Source of the DNA: Eledone cirrhosa
Taxonomy: Eukaryota
NCBI GenBank assembly: GCA_964016885.1
Contig: OZ024752.1
Coordinates: 24,366,001 to 24,430,000 of the forward strand
Direction of reading: 5' to 3'
Length of the DNA: 64,000 nucleotides
Positions 55,450 to 64,000 of the stretch are shown piece by piece; the first letter of the stretch is position 1; each line of letters starts with the position of its first letter. The notes beneath the pieces were generated by a model. That model saw only the letters and a list, made by a program, of their open reading frames with translations. It made no database searches and was not told the origin of the DNA. The position numbers and the translations under genes were made by a program.

Positions 55450-55670
55450 AGACGCGTGGCTGAGTGGTTAGAGAATTGGATTCACAATCATGAGGTTGTG
55501 AAATTGATTCCTGGACCGGGCGATGCGTTATGTCCTTGAACAAGACACTTTATTTCACGTTGCTCCTTCTACCTGGAGTTGCAGCCGATAGATAGTATTA
55601 GCAATTGGGAAGACCAACGGAAACATTGTTTTCTCGGTCCGATTTCACTAAAGTCGATCAACTATCGATA
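55450..55670 (+). mobile_element. SINE family B
   Basis: Matches 3334-3551. Confidence 0.85.
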
Positions 55671-55734
55671 CACTAATATATACAATATATATATATATAT
55701 ATCTTTTATACATACTTGGCAGTATCCTGAGCAA

Positions 55735-56236
55735 CTGTGGCAACTTTGAGCTGGACATCAACTGCAGGGTTGTAAAGGTGACTACAGTGTTCCAATGGAT
55801 GCACTCAATTTGGTCAAACAGAGCCATCAGCTTGTATTTCAAGCTGCGCTTCTACACTAGCATTGTACTTCTTAAGCCCATCTCTGACTGTGAAAAATGG
55901 AAACACACTGTGAAGATGGATAGGTGTCTAAAAACTTTCCATCAAAGGAGCCTACATAAGATTCTAAAGGTCAGCTGGTGAGATCCTGTGGAGAGCAGGG
56001 TCACATACACAGCAGGAGATCATCATGGAACTATGGTTCCATTTTGCAGCTCAGATTCTGCACCTCCCAGATCACCTGTCCAAAACAGCGATGACATGGA
56101 TTCCCCTTGAATGCAAGTGGAAAAGAGGCCGACCAAAGATGACCTGGTGGATCACATTCCGAAAAAACCAACAAACTATCAACATCAGCTGGCATGGATG
56201 TCAACAAGCATGGATGTCATTGGAGACAATTAGTTA
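55735..56236 (+). mobile_element. Degraded RTE-group LINE 3' fragment
   Basis: KLRFYTSIVL, FHQRSLHKILKVSW, KRGRPKMTW. Confidence 0.7.
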
Positions 56237-57483
56237 AAGGTAGTGGTAGTGTTTGCTGGTAAGTTGTTGGTGTATACACATATGTTGTTGTTGTTAATGT
56301 CACCGCTGCTGTCGCTGCCTTCCTCTTGTTGATGGTGGTGGTAGTTGAAACTGTAACCTATTGGGGCTGCCAGGCTGGTTGCTGGGGCTCGAACGCCTTC
56401 TTTAACCGAAGATGCGGGGTCGTTATTGTCACTGTTTCTGTCGTTGCCTTCCTCTTGTTAATGGTGGTAATAATTCTTGGTGTCAAGCAGGCTGCTGTAT
56501 CAGCTTCTGTGAGTGACGCTCCAATGGCCTTCTTGACCAAAGATACAGGTCAATGGCTTTTGGCATCGTTTGGCAACAACGGCAAATAAATATATTCTAT
56601 TTTTATTTTTATTTATTTCTAATCTGATTCAATATCATCAATTGGAAAAACCAATGGAAACATTGTTTCCTTGGTCCAATCTGATGAGTTCCACTCCACT
56701 TGGTAAGTAAGAGCTGAGATGTTGAGATTTATTACAATATAATCACTAAAATCAAGATACTGGGTTGGTATAACTACCTGATTTGTATGTGTCTGTTGTG
56801 GTGTGTGTGTTTGCAGGGTGGTGTGTTGTGTGTGTGTAGTGTAAAGAGGAAATTTTACACACATATAACCTAGAAGGGGTGTGTGAGGACTCCACCCCCT
56901 ACACCCCTCTCAGAAATAAATGGCTGAAGAAAAAGAGAAGAAAGTTGTAAAGTATTTTCAAATGTGAATTATTTTTTTAAAAAGTCAAAATTTCAACTGT
57001 CATGAAAGTACCATCCAACAAATATTAAAGTTATGCAATTGTTTTTATTTACACATGTGGATATTTTGTCATAAATATAAATATAAACCAGTTAAAATTT
57101 ACAAAATAAACACATAAACACATCAATGTTTTTTGCTTTTTTTAAATGATGTAGTCATAAGGGTGTCACTGTGGACATTTGAAGCTTGGTGGAGTTCTTC
57201 ACTCTCCAGGTTTCAACAGTTGATTTCTTCCAGAGAAGGAGAGAGAGGAAGTGAGAAAGAAATATAGAGAGGAAGAACAGACCCCTGTGGTAGACTGGTT
57301 CTTTTTTCTTATCAACCTTGAATGGATAAAAGGCAAAGTTGACCTCAACAGGATTTAAACACAGAGAGCAGAGAACCAGAACAAATATGGCAGAAAGCAT
57401 TCTATCTATTGTTTTATAGACTTTAAATAACTGTTTCTACTTTTGACTCAAGGCCAGCAATTGGAAGGGAAGGAGAAAGTTGA

Positions 57484-57879
57484 TTAAATCAACCCCAGTG
57501 CATTACCGGTATTTGAATTTATTGAACCTGCGAGCAGGTGGAAGGGTTTTTCTCCAGTGTGTGTTCTTTTATGAAGTTCAAGTTCAGAAATCTGAGAAAA
57601 AGATTTCCCACATATTTCACATGAATAAGGTTTTTCTCCTCTGTGTGTACTTTTGTGACGTACAAGATGAGAAAAGGATTTCCCACATACTTCACAGTGG
57701 AAGGGTTTTTCTCCAGTGTGACTCTGTATGTGGATGACAAGAATAGAATTATGAGTGAAAGATTTACCACATATTTCACAGTGGAAGGGTTTTTGTTTAC
57801 TGTGTATTTTCTCGTGTGAGGATAGTTTTAGTCTTGAAGAGAAAGTTTTCCTGCAAATCTCACAGCTATATTCAAACAT
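57484..57879 (-). pseudogene. Truncated C2H2 ZNF, - strand unit 3 (four fingers, one shortened, open frame ending in SINE-derived sequence)
   Basis: MFEYSCEICRKTF...HTGEKPFH then unrelated LLAGSINSNTGNALGLI; finger 3 lacks three residues relative to the 28-aa repeat. Confidence 0.8.
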
Positions 57880-58439
57880 ATTTCATAAAGGAATCTCACC
57901 ACTTCCACTCATATATTAAGAAATGTAGCATTCAGTTGGTAAAGAAATAAGATGTATAAAAGTTTAAGACTGTTCTTGGAAGAAGAAAAAGCAAGTACTA
58001 ATATATATATATATATGTGTGTGTATATATATTTTTTATTTTTGTTAAAGTGAGAGAAGCTCTATTCACAATAACATCCTCAGCTCATAAAACAAACGAA
58101 TAAGTCTTCGCAATTTAAGGTTCTTGTTATTGAGGACAAGAGAATTAATATCCATAATTTCAAAAGCTGAAGGTTAATATATATACATATATATATACAT
58201 ACATACAGTGTGTACGTATGAGAGAGAGATAGACGTGTGTGTGTAGAAATATGTGTGTACGAGTTGTAATAATTCAAGATATTTCACTTCAGATAGTAGA
58301 AAAGTTCACAATGTTTGTGTTGTGGTGGAAAACTAAATAATACGTACTTTAGTTTTCAAGACCAAATATAAAGTCAAGAAAAGTTAGGGAAGAAATATAC
58401 TGACATATATCAAAGATTACCACAATATAAAATATATAT

Positions 58440-60847
58440 GAGGACCAAAAACGTGAGGACCAAAAACGTGAGGTGTTCAGGATTGCCAGGCAATGTGTCA
58501 AGGAAAACCGTGATATTGTCGGGGAGAAGTGTGTACTTAACGATGATGGCATACTTGCCATCACCGACGCTGATAAGAAGGTAGCTTGGAAGTGTCACTA
58601 CGAAAGGCTTCTAAATGAGGAGAACAAATGGGAGAAAGACAGTCTCCCCCAGATCGATCCAATAGAGGGACCAGCAGTGTTAGTTGAAGGTAGTATAATA
58701 AGTAAGGCAATCAAAGATATGAAGACGGGTAAGGCGGCTGGGCCTTCGGAAATAGTTGCTGAGATGCTGAAGGCATCTGGTTCGGTGGGACACACCATGG
58801 TCACCCGGATAGTTAACCAAGTCGTACAGAATGGGGTTGTTCCGAAGGAATGGCGTAGCAGCATCATCGTTAACTGCTATAAGGGAAAAGGAGATGCCCT
58901 AGATAGGAGTAACTATAGAGGCATTAAATTAATCGACCAGGTCATGAAGGTCACGGAAAAAGTAATAGCGCAACTAATCAGAGAGAGAATTGATCTAGAT
59001 GAAATGCAGTTCGGGTTTGTGTCAGGCAAAAGTACCACAGACGCTCTTTTCATTGTACGACAACTACAGGAGAAGTACCTAGCTAAAAGTAAACCCCTAT
59101 ACTTAGCTTTCGTCGACTTGGAGAAAGCCTTCGACAGAGTCCCCCGTTCCATTATCTGGTGATCTCTTAGAAAACTAGGTGTTGACGAATGGCTTGTGAG
59201 AGCTATACAAGCCATGTATAAAGAAACAGTCAGTAAGGTTAGAATTAACAACGAATATAGTGAAGAGTTTAGCGTAAAAGTTGGTGTCCATCAGGGCTCT
59301 GTTCTTAGCCCCCTACTATTTATTATTGCTCTTCAGGCTATAACAGAGGAGTTCAAGACCGGCTGCCCATGGGAACTCCTATACGCAGATGATCTAACGC
59401 TCATAGCTGAATCAATGACCGAACTAGAGAAGAAATTCCAAACATGGAAGCACGGCCTAGAATCAAAAGGCCTTAAAATTAACCTGGCTAAGACTAAAGT
59501 TCTAGTTTGTAGGAAAGAAAATAAGGCGGCGGTCCCATCTGGGAAATGGCCATGCTCAGTGTGTAGGAAAGGCGTAGGTAGAAACTCCATTTTATGTCCC
59601 AAATGCAAAGTATGGGTGCATAAAAGATGTAGTGGGATCACAGGTAAGCTAACTAAGAACATAGATTTTACATGTGGCCGGTGCTCTGGTGCAATAAGTA
59701 GCAGCAAGTGCCCACAAAATACTAGCTCCTTCAACTGCGCAGAGGGTTCTATAGAAATAGTGGACAGCTTCCGTTATCTGGGTGACAAAATCAGCAGTGG
59801 GGGAGGGTGCTCTGAAAGTACAGTAGCTAGAGTCAGAACTGGATGGAAAAAGTTCAGAGAGCTTATACCACTATTAGCCGCTAGAGGGTTCTCCCTAAAA
59901 ATGAAAGGCAGGTTATACGATGCCTGCATACGAACAGCAATGCTGCATGGCAGTGAGACCTGGGCATTGTGTGCAGAGGATATACGCAGACTAGAGAGGA
60001 ACGAAGCTTGCATGCTCCGCTGTATGTGCAATAGTAATATACGTGAACGGCAAAGCATAAACGAACTAAGGAAAAAATTAGAAATAAGAGGGATCAGATG
60101 CTGTTTACTCGAGAGAAGGCTACGTTGGTACGGTCACGTGATGCGCATGAAAGACGACAGCTGTATAACAAAGTGCAGGGCAATAAAGATAGACGGTAGC
60201 CACGGAGTAGGCAGACCCAGAAAAACATGGGACGAGCTGATAAATTCCGACCTCACACGCTTACACCTCTCCAAGACAATGTCACTGGATCGAGACCTTT
60301 GGCGGTACTCAGTAATAGAGAAGACCCGCCTTACCTAAATACAAAGTAAAAACCTACAGTCAGTAGGCATCTCTATCAAAACACACCCCCGTCCCACCAC
60401 CTCCACCCCACCCACACCGCCCCTTTCAATGTAAAGTTATGTTGGTCCCACAACATCCAGGCCGAAACAAATGAGATCGTGTAGGTGTCACGACAAAAAA
60501 CACACAGTCCACGCTGCAAATGTGGCCGTGTAGGCAACACGGTAAAAACCTCCCAGCCCCACACTGTAAATGTGGTTGGTGTTAGGAAGGGCATCCAGCT
60601 GTAGAATACCCGCCAGACAGTCCACGCTGTAATGTGGCCGTGTAGGCAACACGGTAAAAACCTCCCAGCCCCACACTGTAAATGTGGTTGGTGTTAGGAA
60701 GGGCATCCAACTGTAGAAAACCCGCCAGACAGTCCTATGCGAGCAAGACAACCACTCTTGCCTCAAGTGGGAAAACCCCCGTCCAAACCCATGCAAGCGT
60801 GGAACATGGACGCTAAACCTGATGATGATGATGATGATGATGATGAT
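58440..60847 (+). mobile_element. Young 5'-truncated RTE LINE; ORF 58473-60338 broken by one TGA (59160-59162); 3' UTR with an internal duplication and (GAT)n tail
   Basis: ORFs 58473-59162 and 59196-60338 are in the same frame; full RT motifs and a PHD-like insert. Confidence 0.95.
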
Positions 60848-61137
60848 ATGTGTCTGTATACATATATATAGTATATATTTGTGTGTATACATTGTCTCAT
60901 TCCATGAGAGTAACTTCGTCAGTTTATGAACTCCTCATCCGACCCTTCTATATGTATATACATATTTGTCAGTGTTTGTACGTATACAGAATATTGTCAC
61001 AACTACTATATACACCACATATACACTATATATATAATATTGTCCAATATATATATACACTATATGTCATGTTGTCCAAGGGAAAGACTGATATAGATCG
61101 GCACCAGTGACATTACAACTATTATATACACTATATA

Positions 61138-63870
61138 TCATCATCATCATTATTGCTTAATGTCTATCTTCCACGCTAGCATGGGTTAGACTGGAATTGT
61201 CCTACTTGAGGCAAGATTGATTGGGTGACCGTGTCTCGCTCGTATGGGACTGTATCTGGCATGTTTTCTATGGCTGGATGCTCTTCCTAACACTAACCAC
61301 ATTTCCAGTGTGGACTGTGTGGTTTTTTCATCATGACACCTACACAACCTCTTTAATTTGGACTGGATGTTGTTGTACCAACATAACTTTACAGAGACCG
61401 GGTGGAGTTGGTGGGAGTGGGAGTTGTGGGTTGGGGTGTATATTTGGTTAGGAGGGGCCTACTGACTGTAGGTTAACTTTGCACGTAGGGAAGGCAGGTC
61501 TTCTTTGTTACTGTGTGGCGCCATATATCTCAATCCAGTGACATTGTCTAAGAGAAGTGTAAGTGTGCAAGGTTAGATTTTATGTCATCCCAGGTATTTC
61601 TGTGTCTACCTACTCTGTAGCTTCCATCAATTTTGATCACCCTGCACTTTTTTATAAAGCTGTCATCTTTCATGTGCATAACATGACTATACCAACGTAA
61701 TCTTTGCTCAAGTAAACAGCATCTGATCCCTCTTATTCCTAATTCTCATTTAGTTCGTTTATGTTTTGCCATTCATGTATATTACAATTACACGTCCAAC
61801 GGAGCATGCATGCTTCGTTCCTTTCCAATATGCACAGGTCCTCTGCACACAATGCCCATGTCTCACTGCCATGTAACATTGCAGTTCGTATGCACGCATC
61901 ATACAATCTGCCTTTCACTTTTAGAGAGAAACATTTGGAGCCAACAGCGGTATAAGCTCTCTGAGCTTTTTCCATCCAGTTCTAACTCTGGCTACTACAC
62001 TTTCAGAGCACCTCCACTGCTAATTTTGTCACCCAGGCAACGGAAAGTGTCCACTATTTCTATAGAACCATCTGGGCAGTAGAAGGTGCTAGTATCCTGT
62101 GGGTACTTGCTGCTTATTTCACATGAGCATCGGCCACATATAAAATCTACATTCTTAGATAGCTTACCTGTGATCTCACTACATCTTTTATGTACCCATA
62201 GTTTGCATTTGGGACATAGAATTGAATTTCTACCTACTCATTTCCTACACACTGAGCATGGCACCAGTGCCCTATTTTCTTTTCTGCATACTAGACCTTT
62301 AGTCTTAGACAAGTTAACTTTAAGGCCTTTTGATTCAAGGCCATGCCTCCATTTTGGGAATTTATTCTCTAGTTCAGCCATAGATTCGGCTATGAGAGTT
62401 AGAGTATCTGCATATAGAAGTTCCCTGGTCTTAAACCCCTCTGTTATAGCCTGAAGGGCAATAATAAACAGGAGGAAGCTAAGGATGGGGCCTCGCTGAA
62501 CACCTACTTTTACGCTAAATTCTTCACTATATTCATTGTTAATTCTAACCTTGCTGACTGTTCCTCTATACATGGCTTGTATAGCTCTCACAAGCCATTC
62601 ATCTACTCCTACTTTTCTAAGGGCCCACCAAATAATGGAGCGGGTGACTCTGTCAAAGGCTTTCTCCAAGTCAACAAAAGATAAGTATAAGGGGTCTTCT
62701 TTTAGCTTGCTACTTCCCCTGTAGTTGCTGTACAAGGAAAAAACATCTGTGGTAGTTTTTATCTGGCACGAACCCAAACTGCATTTCATCTTGATCAATT
62801 CGGTCTCTGATTAGTTGTACAATAACTCTTTCTGTGACCTTCATGAGCTGGTCAACTACCTTAATGCCTCTATAGTTTCCCCTATCTAGGGCATCTCCTT
62901 TACCCTTGTAGCAGTTAATGATGATGCTGCTACGCCAGTCATCTGGTATGACCCCCATGTATTATTTGGTTTACTATCCTTGAACTTTCTATCCTCTGCT
63001 TCCCTTTTTGCAAAGTACTTTCCAAGCCTGTTTATTGGCCCTGATTGTCTCCTCCAGCTTATTGTTCCACCACCAAGTTACTCTTCTCCTGCCTATAGGT
63101 CTGCTTCAGCAACAGATTTCATCTGTCGCCTTCAGCAGGTTAACTTTCAAGAATTCCCACTGTTTCTCTATATTGTATGTCTCTAATTGCTCTTCATTAC
63201 TGTCAAAAGCATTAACTAATATGCTTTTAAATTTGTTACTGGCTGTGGGGTCCTTCAACTTCCATATTCTTCTCCATAAGGTAGTCCTCCTCTGTTGTCG
63301 ATTACATCTAGTCCTGACTATGAGGTCACTAACTATTAGGCTATGTTGGGAGGTGAATTCTTCATAGGGGAGGGACTTAGTGTTTACAACAGACACTCTG
63401 TCATGTCTTCTAGTAAGGATATCGTATATCTGGCTGGCATGTTCCCCTGATGTACAGTTGATCAAGTGGTTTTCTCGTTTTTTGAAGTTTGTGTTACAGA
63501 TAGTTAGATTATTAGCGTCACAAAATTCCAGGATCCTGAAGCCTTCCTCATTTCTAGCATGAAACCCATGGATTCCATCATAGCCATCATAACGTTGTCC
63601 AATGTGACCATTTAGGAGGCCAGCAATAATTATGTAGCCACTGTGATTTATTTGGGAGGAAGTGAACATTAGCAAATCAAGTAGGCCAGATTGGGGTCCA
63701 TAAGCGGATATTATTGTCATAGTTGTTCTATTTAGAACTAGTCTTATTTTAATTATTCTGTCGTTCACTCTATTTATGGCGATTACCTTAGCTACCCATT
63801 TCTCTGCTAACATAATTCCTACTCCACCCAGCCCTTTGTCATTTCCCATCCAGAAAAGTTTATAGCATCA
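61138..63870 (-). mobile_element. Degraded RTE LINE including the endonuclease region, with internal deletions
   Basis: GGVGIML, ISAYGPQSG, NNLTICNTNFKK, TSQHSLIVSD, RT motifs; host paralogous sequence resumes at about 63900. Confidence 0.92.
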
Positions 63871-64000
63871 TTTATACCCACTCACCCCTCCACCTACTCT
63901 CTCTATATATATATGATTTCTATATATATATATATATATATACTACATACATACATTATATATAATGTTGTCCAAAGGAATGGCTGAAACAGGTTAACAC

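Noticed and set aside
59160-59162. Selenocysteine TGA in the RTE ORF
   Set aside because: The position is Trp in sister copies, not Cys, and no SECIS is recognisable; a simple G-to-A change explains it.

Overview
AT-rich, repeat-dominated animal genomic DNA with no prokaryotic features. The mix of (TA)n fields, tRNA-derived SINEs, RTE, Penelope-like and CR1-like retroelements and clustered C2H2 zinc-finger (ZNF) genes suggests a coleoid cephalopod such as an octopus; this is an inference, not a database result. Bases 1-24 kb are long (TA)n arrays packed with retroelements and their 3' ends: two Penelope-like elements (PLEs, RT plus C-terminal GIY-YIG), one CR1-like LINE with an unbroken ORF, RTE copies and SINEs. 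Several PLE-type ends carry minimal type I hammerhead ribozymes. One has a compensatory U3-A8 core, and a 1.9 kb apparently non-coding unit is bounded by inverted hammerhead-bearing repeats. Bases 24-58 kb are a tandem birth-and-death ZNF cluster: about five decayed + strand copies and three - strand copies, of which one is intact (14 fingers, 51289-52470). Comparing paralogous units reveals filled and empty sites for a Helitron, SINEs and RTEs, a Gypsy remnant, a CRE-like fragment and two minisatellites whose origins can be traced. Most short ORFs in the supplied track are microsatellite or antisense artefacts.
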